A DNA stretch of 64,000 nt from a virus, in the IMG/VR virus record IMGVR_UViG_3300010397_000042, positions 25,012 through 89,011 of that record, one strand, 5' to 3'. Made by a program: the position numbers and the translations under genes. Shown here piece by piece: positions 1-9,532 of the stretch. Numbering within the stretch: position 1 is the first letter of the stretch; every line of letters starts with the position of its first letter. Under the pieces are notes generated by a model. That model saw nothing but the letters and a program-made list of their open reading frames with translations, was not told where the DNA came from and did no database searches.

Positions 1-2
1 CT

Positions 3-251
3 GAGTGGCAGGCTGAGTACGAGGCCGACCTAGCCAACGGTATCCCAAAGGAGCTGGCTCGAGGAGGAATGCCTGTCGAGCATTACACTCGCATGCGGGC
101 CAGTGCCAACCTCCGCAATTGGCTTTCATTTCTCACGCTACGACAGGATCCGGCAGCGCAATGGGAAATCAGACAATACGCCAATGCGCTAAACGAAGAC
201 ATCCTCTCCACTTCCTTCCCTCGTACCTTATCCCTCTTCAACAAGGTGTAA
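3..251 (+). CDS. thyX: FAD-dependent thymidylate synthase, C-terminal fragment (5' truncated by window)
   Basis: Frame 3 reads EWQAEYEADLANGIPKELARGGMP...NLRNWLSFLTLR..AAQWEIRQYA; the G-I-x-K-E-x-A-R, NLR-x-W and AQWEIR motifs are typical of ThyX. Confidence 0.88.
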   Translation, partial: EWQAEYEADLANGIPKELARGGMPVEHYTRMRASANLRNWLSFLTLRQDPAAQWEIRQYANALNEDILSTSFPRTLSLFNKV

Positions 252-2156
252 ATGCTTAGTCGTGACTTCCTCGCTCCATACTACAAAGCTGGCGACCCGT
301 TTCCCGATCTCCTTGCCCGATCAACCTACAAGGGAAAATACCAACGACCGGAAGACACATGTTGGACTGACACTATTAGAAGGGTCGTCCTTGGGAACGT
401 GGCACTCGATCCTGAAGTCACAACTCGCGAAGCCGAGTTCCTTTTCGATCTATTTTGGAGGGGGTACGCTCTTCCACCAGGTCGAGGGCTTTGGACTGGT
501 GGAGTTCCAGGTATCCCTGTAGACGCTCGCTACAACTGCCACTACGGCACGCTTCGCAGCATCGACGACTGGTGCTGGGCGGCCAACATGCTGATGTGCG
601 GTGGCGGTGTTGGCATCGGCTTGCAGCACATCGACGAGCTTCCTCGAGTCCAGTATGCGCGAAATGCGCGTCTCTATATCTTGTGCTCGAAGTCTCATCC
701 GAACGAGGGTGAGGTTGTGCCCGATGAACTCATCTACGACCGCGATAATGTGGAGTGGGTTGTCGTTGAAGATTCGCGCTTGGGTTGGGTAGAAGCGCTG
801 AGGTCGGTGCTTACTGCTGCCTTTGAAGGTCGAAGCATCGTCGTCAACGTCAGCTCCATCCGTCAGCGAGGAGCGCTGATCAAGACGTTCGGTGGGATTG
901 CTTGCGGTCCGGCACCGCTTGCGACGCTACTCCGAGAAGTCTGGACCATCGTTCGAAGTGCTGTAGGTCACAAGCTAACTAGCGTTGACTGTCTGGACAT
1001 CACGAATCACATCGGAGTGTGTATCAAGAGCGGCAACGTTAGGCGTTCCGCGCTGATCGTCCTCGGTAACGCCGACGATTGGGAATTCCGTCAGGCTAAG
1101 CAGGACTGGAAGGCGGTGACAACACACCGCCATTCCAGCAACAACTCGATCGTATTCGAGCACGAATGGCAGATCGATAACTTCAATTGGACCGACCTCA
1201 TTGAGGATAACGCGGTATTTGGTGAACCAGGGATCTTGAACCTCTGGAAGATCCGCAAGACGGACCCGGGCGTCGAAGGCGTCAATCCATGCGGTGAAAT
1301 CCCGCTTTACGATCGCGAGGCGTGCTGCCTCTCTGAGATCTATCCAGCGAAGTTCTTGAATCGCGGTAACGATATCGCGAGGATATTCAAAGCTGTAACT
1401 CGGTACACGATGCGACAGCGGCTCGAGCCGATGAGTGACCGTCGTGCGAACCTGGTTCGCGTAGCCAACATGCGGATCGGTGTCGGACTAGGCGGCATCT
1501 GCGATTTCGACTGGTGTGCGGACGATCTCACCTACTTCCGAAAGATCGTACAGAACGAGAGTATCGCCTACGCGAACGAGCTCGGGTGCATGTACCCCAT
1601 CGCAACTACGACGGTGAAGCCGAGCGGTACGATCAGTCTGCTGAACGGGAGCTCGCCAGGCATTCACGCTCCATTTGCACCGTATTACCTCCGGCGCACC
1701 AGGATTAGCGTCAACGAGCCGATGGCTCAGGCTTTGGTTCAGGCGGGCGTTCCCTACGAGCAATGCATCTACGACAGCACCGGTAACACGCTGGTGTTCT
1801 CGTTTCCGATGAAGTCGGAAGCGTACGTCACTCAGCAAGATCAGACCATCTTGGACCAGATCGGACGTCAAGTCGTCGTCCAGAAGAATTGGGCCGATAA
1901 CTCCGTTAGCTCAACAGTGTCATTCCATGAGGACGAGAAAACGGAGCTGGCTAGGATGCTCGCGTTCTACGCGAAGGACTTGAAGTCAATCAGCTGCCTA
2001 CCGGTCAAACACGGATACGAGCAACCACCGTACCAGGCCATCGAAGAGAGCGAATACGATTTCATGATGTCTGGAATCGATGGCAACCATCCTCTCACGC
2101 TGGGTGGGGAACTTGACACGATGGAATGTGAGAACGGCGTTTGTCCTATCAAATAG
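252..2156 (+). CDS. nrdJ: Class II (adenosylcobalamin-dependent) ribonucleotide reductase
   Basis: PPGRGLW, GNVRRSAL, catalytic NPCGEIPL, TTVKPSGT and C-terminal CENGVCPIK redox pair; no beta subunit gene nearby. Confidence 0.93.
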   Translation: MLSRDFLAPYYKAGDPFPDLLARSTYKGKYQRPEDTCWTDTIRRVVLGNVALDPEVTTREAEFLFDLFWRGYALPPGRGLWTGGVPGIPVDARYNCHYGTLRSIDDWCWAANMLMCGGGVGIGLQHIDELPRVQYARNARLYILCSKSHPNEGEVVPDELIYDRDNVEWVVVEDSRLGWVEALRSVLTAAFEGRSIVVNVSSIRQRGALIKTFGGIACGPAPLATLLREVWTIVRSAVGHKLTSVDCLDITNHIGVCIKSGNVRRSALIVLGNADDWEFRQAKQDWKAVTTHRHSSNNSIVFEHEWQIDNFNWTDLIEDNAVFGEPGILNLWKIRKTDPGVEGVNPCGEIPLYDREACCLSEIYPAKFLNRGNDIARIFKAVTRYTMRQRLEPMSDRRANLVRVANMRIGVGLGGICDFDWCADDLTYFRKIVQNESIAYANELGCMYPIATTTVKPSGTISLLNGSSPGIHAPFAPYYLRRTRISVNEPMAQALVQAGVPYEQCIYDSTGNTLVFSFPMKSEAYVTQQDQTILDQIGRQVVVQKNWADNSVSSTVSFHEDEKTELARMLAFYAKDLKSISCLPVKHGYEQPPYQAIEESEYDFMMSGIDGNHPLTLGGELDTMECENGVCPIK

Positions 2157-2180
2157 TGCTATACTCTGAGTGAGGTGACA

Positions 2181-3254
2181 ATGTCAGAATTCAAGATTCA
2201 AGTCGTGCGTCTGGGCAAGATCGGGAAGCATCCAAATGCAGATACTCTGAGTATTACTCAGGTATTGGGAAACTACCCGGTCGTCCTGAAGTCAGGGACG
2301 TTCCAACCAGGCGATCTCGCGGTTCACATTCCACCGGATTCGCTCGTACCGGTGGACCATCCGGCTTTCAGCTTCTTAGCTAATAAGGCGACTAATGGGT
2401 TCTGTCGGATTCGCTTCAGTAAGATCCGCAACGTACCGAGTTACGGATTCCTGGTTCCGCTGTCGGATGTGACTTTTCCCGAGCAGAGCGGACGAGATCT
2501 ATACGGGCAGGAAATCTACGAAGGCATGGATGTTCAGGAGCTTCTGGGCGTTCAGAAGTACGAACCTGGCCCCTGCTACCAGCTGGGCGGCGAGATCGCT
2601 GGTGAGCACATCAGCCTTCCGCAAGGCGGTGTTGTTCCTCACTACGACATCTTTGGACTCCGCAAGTACGAGCGGCTCTTCGAGGATGGCGAGCGAGTTA
2701 TCGTCACCGAGAAGATTCATGGTTCGAACGGTCGGTGGATCTTCCTGAATGACGAGCTCTACTGCGGGTCTCGTACCCGGTTCCGTCGCGACTCGGTTTG
2801 GAATCGCATGGCGGAGAAGTACGACCTCAAGGCGACCCTGGAGATGGTCCCGGGGATTGTTCTTTACGGTGAAGTCTATGGTAGCAAGATCCAAGATCTG
2901 ACCTACGGCATCGACGATCAGCGCGTTGTGTTCTTCGACATCTACGACACGCGCACCGGTACTTGGTGGGACTCCGATCGGTTCCGCATCTTCTGTCGCG
3001 CGTTCAATCTGCCAGCGGTACCGGTTCTGTACGACGGTCCATTCGAGCTCGACAGGATGTACGAGTACGCCGAAGGCGGCTCGATTCTTCACATGGACAA
3101 TTACGCAGCGCGAAAGCCCGGCTGCGCAGGCAACTTCCACGTGCGAGAGGGCATTGTCGTCAGGCCTGCCGAGGAGCGGTGGGATCAGCGATTGGGACGC
3201 GTGTTCTTGAAGCTTCCCGGGGAAGGTTACCTCCTCCGAAAGCAAGCAGCGTGA
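2181..3254 (+). CDS. ATP-dependent RNA ligase (DRB0094/Rnl5-like, N-terminal OB-type domain)
   Basis: N-terminal HPNADTL; nucleotidyltransferase motifs TEKIHGSN, LYGEVYG, FFDI, REGIVV, FLK. Confidence 0.88.
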   Translation: MSEFKIQVVRLGKIGKHPNADTLSITQVLGNYPVVLKSGTFQPGDLAVHIPPDSLVPVDHPAFSFLANKATNGFCRIRFSKIRNVPSYGFLVPLSDVTFPEQSGRDLYGQEIYEGMDVQELLGVQKYEPGPCYQLGGEIAGEHISLPQGGVVPHYDIFGLRKYERLFEDGERVIVTEKIHGSNGRWIFLNDELYCGSRTRFRRDSVWNRMAEKYDLKATLEMVPGIVLYGEVYGSKIQDLTYGIDDQRVVFFDIYDTRTGTWWDSDRFRIFCRAFNLPAVPVLYDGPFELDRMYEYAEGGSILHMDNYAARKPGCAGNFHVREGIVVRPAEERWDQRLGRVFLKLPGEGYLLRKQAA

Positions 3255-3523
3255 ATCGCGATTACTTCTTTCTTGCTTGCGCCAAGGCACTCGGAATCGC
3301 CGGAATGGGCTGCGCCTACGTCGGTTGGATGCAGCTTGGCGCTTTTCTTCTCTTTCTCGATGCGGTGTGTCTTGCGGTCCTCGTGAGCTCCTGCGTCCGG
3401 AGGTTGTTGCTTGAGTACAAGGAGTCACAAGAGACGCAAAGCTCGCGAGTGGATGACAAAGGAGCAAGAGCGACACGAGCAGATCCAGAAAGCTCAGCTC
3501 GAGAGTCATCGCCAGCAGGCTGA
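3251..3523 (+). CDS. Small membrane protein (two hydrophobic helices)
   Basis: GTG start overlaps ligase stop (GTGA); hydrophobic N-terminal half. Confidence 0.45.
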   Translation: MNRDYFFLACAKALGIAGMGCAYVGWMQLGAFLLFLDAVCLAVLVSSCVRRLLLEYKESQETQSSRVDDKGARATRADPESSARESSPAG

Positions 3524-3782
3524 ACGTATCCGACGCGAAGAGCGCGAGAAGTACATCAACGTCGTCTCGCCGGATGACGACAATGTCTGCTGTCCGCTCG
3601 GTAAGCCGGACTCGCTTTACTACAAGGTCGCTGTCAAGCCGGGAATCCCAACCCGGTTTATGAACCGGCACGACTACCGCTTCTATGATGTGAAAGAGCA
3701 TCTCTTTCGAGTCAGGCAGTACGCCCACCGTCTACCAGATGGAACTACAGTCATTTGGTACGGGTTGGAGCACTGCGGTTGA
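3411..3782 (+). CDS. Hypothetical protein
   Basis: GGAGG upstream of TTG; stop overlaps helicase start. Confidence 0.55.
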   Translation: MSTRSHKRRKAREWMTKEQERHEQIQKAQLESHRQQAERIRREEREKYINVVSPDDDNVCCPLGKPDSLYYKVAVKPGIPTRFMNRHDYRFYDVKEHLFRVRQYAHRLPDGTTVIWYGLEHCG

Positions 3783-5107
3783 GACTCTGGCCACATCAGG
3801 AAAAAGCCATTTCTATGACCGCAGCTCAATTCCGTCAGGGTAGACGGGCTGTATGCCTAGTGATGCCGACAGGGGCCGGCAAAACCACAACTGCGAGCGC
3901 AATCATCAAGCAGCACCTAAAGAAGAAGCCGGATGGATGTGTTCTATTCTGCGCCCATCGGGAAGAGCTCGTAGCGCAAGCTTACGATGACCTTCTGAGC
4001 TGGGGACTTCTCCCCAGCGTCATCCAGGCCAACCCCGATCCGCTACGCGTTCACAACCCCCATCGTAGGGTTCAGGTGGCATCTACGCAGACCATTCTCA
4101 GTCGAGAGATCTTTCCGAAGATTTCACTGCTGGTACTGGACGAATTTCACCACTACGCGAGCGACAAGTGGGAGGTGTTGGGATCCAAGTACAAGCAGAT
4201 GGGCGTTCCGATCATAGGTCTCACCGCTACTCCGATCCGTGGAGACGGACGTGGGTTCGAAGGATTGGTAGACGAGCTCATATGCCCGATCTCCATGCGC
4301 GAACTCATCGAGCAGGGCTTTCTCGTTCCGTACGAGTTGGTGGTACCGGACAAAACGCTACGTAGTGACCAGATCGTACAGTCACCGGTCGACGCCTACC
4401 TCGAACATGCGAAAGGTCGCAAAGCGATCGTTTTTGCGGGAAACGTCAAAGCCGCTTACGAGTTTGCTAGTCAATTCGAGAATGCGGGGATACGTTCATC
4501 TGTTGTTCATGGAGCCATGGACGCCGGGGAACGGCGTCGGGTTCTTGAAGACTATAAATCGGGGAAAATTCGCGTACTTGCGAATGTCGGCGTTCTCACG
4601 GAAGGATTTGATGACCCTTCGACATCTTGCGTCATCCTTGCACGCGCCATTGGAACGCTGGCCCTCTACCTGCAGATCTGTGGCCGAGCACTTCGTGTAG
4701 CCCCAGGTAAGACCGATGCCATCATCATCGACCTACATGGTAGTTCCAGGGTGCACGGCGAACCTGCCGAGGACCGAGAGTGGACCCTCGAGGGTCGGGG
4801 GATCGTCAAGAAGAACCTGGAGCAACCTACAGAGCGGTTCTGTCCGGTCTGCGGTGTGTACCTCGAATCGGGTGCCGGGAACATCTGTGAACTTTGCGGC
4901 ATCGCCAGGCCCGAAGCGGGCGCCCCAGAGGTGGTTGGAGGTAGGTTGGTCAGGTACGCGCGGAAGCTCCGCGAGTCGCCAGAGATACGTCGTGTTTACT
5001 TTGAAAAGCTCAAAGGAATCGCAAGGGTCAAGGGATACAACAAGTGGCAACCGCATGCGAAGTACAAGGCCATTTATGGGGAGAAACCCCCCCGAGAGTG
5101 GTGGTGA
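3779..5107 (+). CDS. Superfamily 2 DEAD/DEAH-box helicase (RadD/YejH-like) with C-terminal Zn finger
   Basis: Walker A MPTGAGKT, DEFHH, GLTATP, LTEGFDDP, QICGRALR, CPVC...CELC; TTG at 3779 overlaps the upstream TGA. Confidence 0.92.
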   Translation: MRLWPHQEKAISMTAAQFRQGRRAVCLVMPTGAGKTTTASAIIKQHLKKKPDGCVLFCAHREELVAQAYDDLLSWGLLPSVIQANPDPLRVHNPHRRVQVASTQTILSREIFPKISLLVLDEFHHYASDKWEVLGSKYKQMGVPIIGLTATPIRGDGRGFEGLVDELICPISMRELIEQGFLVPYELVVPDKTLRSDQIVQSPVDAYLEHAKGRKAIVFAGNVKAAYEFASQFENAGIRSSVVHGAMDAGERRRVLEDYKSGKIRVLANVGVLTEGFDDPSTSCVILARAIGTLALYLQICGRALRVAPGKTDAIIIDLHGSSRVHGEPAEDREWTLEGRGIVKKNLEQPTERFCPVCGVYLESGAGNICELCGIARPEAGAPEVVGGRLVRYARKLRESPEIRRVYFEKLKGIARVKGYNKWQPHAKYKAIYGEKPPREWW

Positions 5108-5137
5108 CTTTTGCCTCATGAAATAGTCTGGGACAGT

Positions 5138-5166
5138 TTGACACACGCTGTCTCCCATGGTATACT
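5138..5166 (+). promoter_or_regulatory. Sigma70-type promoter
   Basis: TTGACA-17 nt-TATACT. Confidence 0.75.
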
Positions 5167-5193
5167 TTCTCTATATTCTTCGAATTCCACGGA

Positions 5194-5538
5194 TTGATCT
5201 TGAGAGAAACGATTTTACAAGCAAAAATTCGGGCGGTTCTCTGCCATAGAGACAGCCCATGTAGGTTGTTCAGAAACAATGTCGGAGCACTGCCTGGAGC
5301 GGACGGGAAACCTATCCGTTTCGGTCTAGGAAAGGGGAGTGCTGACTTGATCGGCCTCATCATTCCAACTGGGCAGTTCCTCGCAGTCGAAGTGAAAACG
5401 CCCGTAGGCCGTTTGAGCAAGGAGCAAAAAGCGTGGTTGAGAACGATCAACAAAATGGGCGGAAGAGCATTGGTGATCAGGTCGGTCGAAGAGGCTCGAC
5501 AACTTGTCGAGTCCCTAAAGGTGAAAAAAGCAGCATGA
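5194..5538 (+). CDS. VRR-NUC domain nuclease (Holliday junction resolvase-like)
   Basis: LFRNNVG...GSADLIG...AVEVKTPVGRLSKEQKAW...RSVEEA, PD-(D/E)xK VRR-NUC signature. Confidence 0.92.
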   Translation: MILRETILQAKIRAVLCHRDSPCRLFRNNVGALPGADGKPIRFGLGKGSADLIGLIIPTGQFLAVEVKTPVGRLSKEQKAWLRTINKMGGRALVIRSVEEARQLVESLKVKKAA

Positions 5539-5729
5539 ATAACATGGCGATCGCTGATCTGATCGATGATCTCGGGGGTAAGTACTACGACCGAGGTTGC
5601 CAGTGGCTCGTGAAGCTGGACGAGAAAGGCGAGGGAGGCGTCTTTTTGCGAAAGCTAGCGATCAGGATTCTCAATGGCGAAAAGGAGGAACGCGCACTAT
5701 TCGAAATGCTGAAGGAATTGAATGACTGA
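5535..5729 (+). CDS. Hypothetical protein
   Basis: ATGA overlap with VRR-NUC stop. Confidence 0.55.
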   Translation: MNNMAIADLIDDLGGKYYDRGCQWLVKLDEKGEGGVFLRKLAIRILNGEKEERALFEMLKELND

Positions 5730-5871
5730 AGACGAGAAAATTGACTTACTTATCGAGCTCTTCGGATGGGACAACTCGGAGCTCTCCCGATACTCGGCTC
5801 TGAGATTGCTTAGACTGGCACGAAAGGAACCAGTTCCTGCTTATGATGACTTCCTCGTACACCGGTATTGA
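5722..5871 (+). CDS. Hypothetical protein (49 aa)
   Basis: AAGGA RBS; fills the gap between neighbours; below ORF-track cutoff. Confidence 0.45.
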   Translation: MTEDEKIDLLIELFGWDNSELSRYSALRLLRLARKEPVPAYDDFLVHRY

Positions 5872-6238
5872 ACAAGCGGAGAGGGCGTTCGGTTGCAAAC
5901 TTAGCTACCGAAAAGAACCGGGTGGCGCGGACCGACTAGACGATCTCGCCCAAGCTTGGATCGATGGCGACCGCAAACGAGTGCGAGAATATGTGCTACA
6001 CTATGAGAAGGAGAAAAGGAGAGGATGGAATACAGGTTCGCGGAACAGCAAGAAGCGCTTAGAGGCGCGACGGACCCGGAGGGTCCTCCGGTTACGGTCT
6101 GGGGGTCTTACAACCCGCCAAATAGCAAAACGGTTGAAGGTGAGTCAAAGGACAGTGTTTCGGATCCTGTCGACCATCCGCGACACTACAACGTGCACCC
6201 CAGCGGTGTTGAGTGCATCACCGTTACCAAGCACATGA
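5843..6238 (+). CDS. Helix-turn-helix DNA-binding protein
   Basis: VLRLRSGGLTTRQIAKRLKVSQRTVFRIL is a classic HTH. Confidence 0.6.
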   Translation: MMTSSYTGIEQAERAFGCKLSYRKEPGGADRLDDLAQAWIDGDRKRVREYVLHYEKEKRRGWNTGSRNSKKRLEARRTRRVLRLRSGGLTTRQIAKRLKVSQRTVFRILSTIRDTTTCTPAVLSASPLPST

Positions 6239-6366
6239 ATTTCTGTTTGGGGAACGCGATGAAGTACATTTGGAGGGCTGGCGAGAAGGGTGACGCGATC
6301 GAAGACTTGAAGAAGGCAATTTGGTATTGTCAGTGTGAGATTGATAGACTACAAGGAATAAAATAA
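6025..6366 (+). CDS. DUF3310 (T7 gp1.7/SaV-like) protein
   Basis: DPVDHPRHY...ECI...NFCLGNAMKYIWRAGEKG..EDLKKAIWY; AGGAGAGG RBS before ATG. Confidence 0.88.
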   Translation: MEYRFAEQQEALRGATDPEGPPVTVWGSYNPPNSKTVEGESKDSVSDPVDHPRHYNVHPSGVECITVTKHMNFCLGNAMKYIWRAGEKGDAIEDLKKAIWYCQCEIDRLQGIK

Positions 6367-6569
6367 TGGCAAAAGCAAAGCGAACGGGTGGTGTGACGTT
6401 GACTCTTACGGGCACTGAGGCTAGCCAGTTGGCTGCGCTCCTCATGCAGCGTTCGGATTGGTTTGAGGAGGGTGAGGAGTTGTTTGAAGACATCTACAAC
6501 GCTCTTCAAGATGGTGCGGAGGTCGAGGAGGGCCACCTTGCGAAGCACTGGTCTGCCGACGACGACTGA
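6366..6569 (+). CDS. Hypothetical acidic protein
   Basis: TAATG coupling with the upstream gene. Confidence 0.6.
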   Translation: MAKAKRTGGVTLTLTGTEASQLAALLMQRSDWFEEGEELFEDIYNALQDGAEVEEGHLAKHWSADDD

Positions 6570-6592
6570 TGATACACTCTAAGGAAACAGAC

Positions 6593-6859
6593 ATGCAGCG
6601 CGTGGCTACGGCGTTCGGAGTTCTTGGGAAGATCCTCAAGGTCAATGGACGCCGCAAGGTGCGCGCTGAGTGCGAGATCAGGATGCGTCTGATTCGGGAC
6701 GATCAGGGTGCAGCTCGATTCGCTCCGATGGAGGATCGCAAGACGCGTCGCGCCATCGCAAGAAGGCTGAACATACCGTTCAGGCCTGTTTACTTCTACA
6801 AAGGATCAGGAGCTCCCGGAGCTCCAAAAACCATCCGGCATGGTATGGCAGGAGGCTAG
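6593..6859 (+). CDS. Hypothetical basic protein
   Basis: AAGGA RBS before ATG 6593 (alternative start 6569). Confidence 0.55.
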   Translation: MQRVATAFGVLGKILKVNGRRKVRAECEIRMRLIRDDQGAARFAPMEDRKTRRAIARRLNIPFRPVYFYKGSGAPGAPKTIRHGMAGG

Positions 6860-6860
6860 C

Positions 6861-7031
6861 GTGTATTACGTTATCACCTACGGGAATCAATATCTTAGCA
6901 AGTTCGGAACGGGTTGGACCTTTTGGTCGCAAGACGAAAAGGAGGCTCGCGTGTTCTCTTCCCTAACGATGGCAGAGGATATTGCGATTCTCGTAGGTGG
7001 TAACATCGAACTACGTTGTGCAGAGGAATAA
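6861..7031 (+). CDS. Hypothetical protein (YVI...W..D...A-x-F family)
   Basis: AGGAGG RBS before GTG. Confidence 0.6.
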   Translation: MYYVITYGNQYLSKFGTGWTFWSQDEKEARVFSSLTMAEDIAILVGGNIELRCAEE

Positions 7032-7226
7032 ATGGAACGATCTTATGTAATCGTAGACGCAAACAGTAATCTGTACTGCGGAATGGATCAATGGGAGCCC
7101 GATCTTTCGTTTGCGGCCCGATGGTCAACACTTCGAGGTGCCTGCCAAGCTCTGGACAGGCTTATCTCCGGTTCTGAGAACGACGCAAGACCTTTTCAAA
7201 TCACTAAGTACGTGCCCAAAGGATGA
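7032..7226 (+). CDS. Hypothetical protein, probable paralogue of the preceding gene
   Basis: GAGGA RBS; ATGA overlap with primase. Confidence 0.6.
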   Translation: MERSYVIVDANSNLYCGMDQWEPDLSFAARWSTLRGACQALDRLISGSENDARPFQITKYVPKG

Positions 7227-9532
7227 CAGCTACGGCAAACACCGCTCAAAATACATTCGAAATTCTACAACAATGTGTCCAATACCTCGGAGTGGCCATC
7301 CTTCCGCTTTGGGGTCTGGACAAGGAAGGCAACTGCCTCTGTCCAAAGGGGAAGCAGTGTAAGGAATCGCGTAACGCAGGGAAACATCCGTACTCCAAGC
7401 TCTGTCCGAACGGCGTAAAGAACGCCACTCGCGATCTGTCGATCATCCGTCAATGGGTTCGACAAGCGCCCAACTGCAACTGGGGCATTCGCTGCGGCGA
7501 GCCCATTCCCGATGGGGGCTTTCTAGGTGTGTTCGACTGGGATCCTCGTAATGGGTCTGAGGCGAGTCTTGCTGAGATCCGATCGCGCGGCGACATTCTT
7601 CCCGAGACAGTCACTCAGGTCAGTGGCGGTGGCGGCGGCCACCGCTTGTATCGGTTCCCGAAGTCCCCAGCGAGTCGATCCATCGCTCCTGGGTTGGACT
7701 TCCAGGGTGCGGGTAAGTACATCGTTATCAGCCCAAGTAAGCACTATACAGGCGGTGTTTATCTCTGGGAGCTCGGACAAGGTCCTGGTGAGATCAAGGT
7801 AGCCGATGCTCCCGAGTGGCTGATTACTGGCACTGAAGAGGCTCAGGCGCGTCCAGCAGGCGATGGTGGTACCGCTCGAGAGACGGTTTTAGGCGAGGCG
7901 TTCGCGCTCGCCGGTAGGGCAGGCGCCATCATGCCGACGGGCGAGATGTTCGTCGACTGCCCTCATAGCCATTTGCATTCCGATAGCCGAGGCCGAGGTC
8001 AGGACGCGTCGTGTGTGATTCTACCCCCAGCGGGCGGGTCCCGCTTCGGTGGCTTCAAGTGTCAGCATGGCCATTGCGCGAACCTGAAATGGCAAGACGT
8101 CATCAATAGCTTCACAAAGGAGATCCGTGAAGAGGCGTTCAAGAAGTATCCAAGGCTAGGTGCAGTTCCACCCCCTCCCGAAGGTGCACCGGATCAACCC
8201 GAAGAGGAGCTACCCGAAGACGAGCTCCGCGAGATCAAAGAGCGACTCGCCTTCAAGAACACAACCAAGGGATCGAAGATCATCCAGGACATCATCAACC
8301 TGGTGGTGATCCTGAAGTACGATCCCCGGTGGAAGGATGTTCTCAGGTTCGATGAGTTCTCGCAGGTTCTGAGGTTCACCAAAGAGCCCCCATGGCATCC
8401 CGACGACAAGAGCAAAGACCAGACGGACATCTGGACTGATGCCGACGTTACGCGTCTGGATCTCTGGCTTCGTCGAAACTGGGCCCTCGAGCTCCCGAAC
8501 CAGAAGATCCACGAGTGCGTCTACATCGTGGGCCGCGGAAACAGCATCAATCCTCTGAAGGACTACCTCAACGGTTTGGTCTGGGATGGCCAGCCCAGGA
8601 TCGATCGATGGCTCCCCACATACGCAGGCACCAAAGACACCGCCTACACCCAGAGTGCAGGGCGGAAATGGCTCATTTCGGCAGTGGCTCGAGCCTTGGA
8701 TCCCGGCTGTAAGGTCGACCAGCTGATCATTCTCGAGGGTCCCCAAGGGAAAGGAAAGAGTACTTTACTAAGGACTATTACAACCGGCTCTCCAACGACG
8801 GGAGATGGGCCACATGCCGAGTGGTTCAGCGATACGCCCATCCCGATCGGGGAGAAGGATTCTTATGTTGCTCTAAAGGGTAAGTGGATTATCGAGCTAC
8901 CCGAGCTCGCGAGCTTGAAGAAGGCTGACCTCGATCGCGCCAAGGCATTCTTCTCGGCACCGGTGGACTCGTACCGACCTCCCTACGGTCGGGAGAACGT
9001 GTCGGTCCCTCGTACCGCGGTGTTTGCAGGCACGGTCAACCTAGGTGAGTACCTGAATGACGTCACGGGAGCTAGGCGCTTCGTTCCCGTCTTGTGCGGT
9101 GCAATCGACATCGAAACTCTGGCTGCAGACCGAGATCAGATCTGGGCTGAGGCGGTGCACGTCTATAAGGACTGGGTAGCGCAGGGTCGAAAACAGAGTA
9201 GGTGCCTCTGGTGGCCATCGATGGAAGAGATCCCCATGTATGAGGAAGAGCAGCTACGCCGACAGGTGGCAGGCACTCAGCATCCTTGGACAGAAGCGAT
9301 CGCGCTCTGGTTGATGACCGAGAAGGCCCAGACGATGCTCGAGAAGAACGGTTACCTCACGCTTAGGGAGATCGGCATGCATGCGATCAATCTCAGCGAC
9401 AAGGAATGCGATCACAACACGCTGACAGGAATCGGCGGAGTCATGTCAAGGGAGATGAAATGGACGAAGTTGCAAGTACCGAAGGGCGGAGCGAAAGCGT
9501 GGGGCTACAAACCCCCCACCGCAGGCTCCTAG
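7223..9532 (+). CDS. Bifunctional primase-polymerase fused to a Zn finger and VapE/VirE-type helicase
   Basis: Prim-Pol motifs GKHP, NWGI, FDWDPRNG, SGGGGGHRLY, YIVISPSKH; CP..H...FKCQHGHC; VapE motifs PGCKVD, LEGPQGKGKST, DSYRPPYGR, FAGTVN, DVTGARRF. Confidence 0.92.
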   Translation: MTATANTAQNTFEILQQCVQYLGVAILPLWGLDKEGNCLCPKGKQCKESRNAGKHPYSKLCPNGVKNATRDLSIIRQWVRQAPNCNWGIRCGEPIPDGGFLGVFDWDPRNGSEASLAEIRSRGDILPETVTQVSGGGGGHRLYRFPKSPASRSIAPGLDFQGAGKYIVISPSKHYTGGVYLWELGQGPGEIKVADAPEWLITGTEEAQARPAGDGGTARETVLGEAFALAGRAGAIMPTGEMFVDCPHSHLHSDSRGRGQDASCVILPPAGGSRFGGFKCQHGHCANLKWQDVINSFTKEIREEAFKKYPRLGAVPPPPEGAPDQPEEELPEDELREIKERLAFKNTTKGSKIIQDIINLVVILKYDPRWKDVLRFDEFSQVLRFTKEPPWHPDDKSKDQTDIWTDADVTRLDLWLRRNWALELPNQKIHECVYIVGRGNSINPLKDYLNGLVWDGQPRIDRWLPTYAGTKDTAYTQSAGRKWLISAVARALDPGCKVDQLIILEGPQGKGKSTLLRTITTGSPTTGDGPHAEWFSDTPIPIGEKDSYVALKGKWIIELPELASLKKADLDRAKAFFSAPVDSYRPPYGRENVSVPRTAVFAGTVNLGEYLNDVTGARRFVPVLCGAIDIETLAADRDQIWAEAVHVYKDWVAQGRKQSRCLWWPSMEEIPMYEEEQLRRQVAGTQHPWTEAIALWLMTEKAQTMLEKNGYLTLREIGMHAINLSDKECDHNTLTGIGGVMSREMKWTKLQVPKGGAKAWGYKPPTAGS

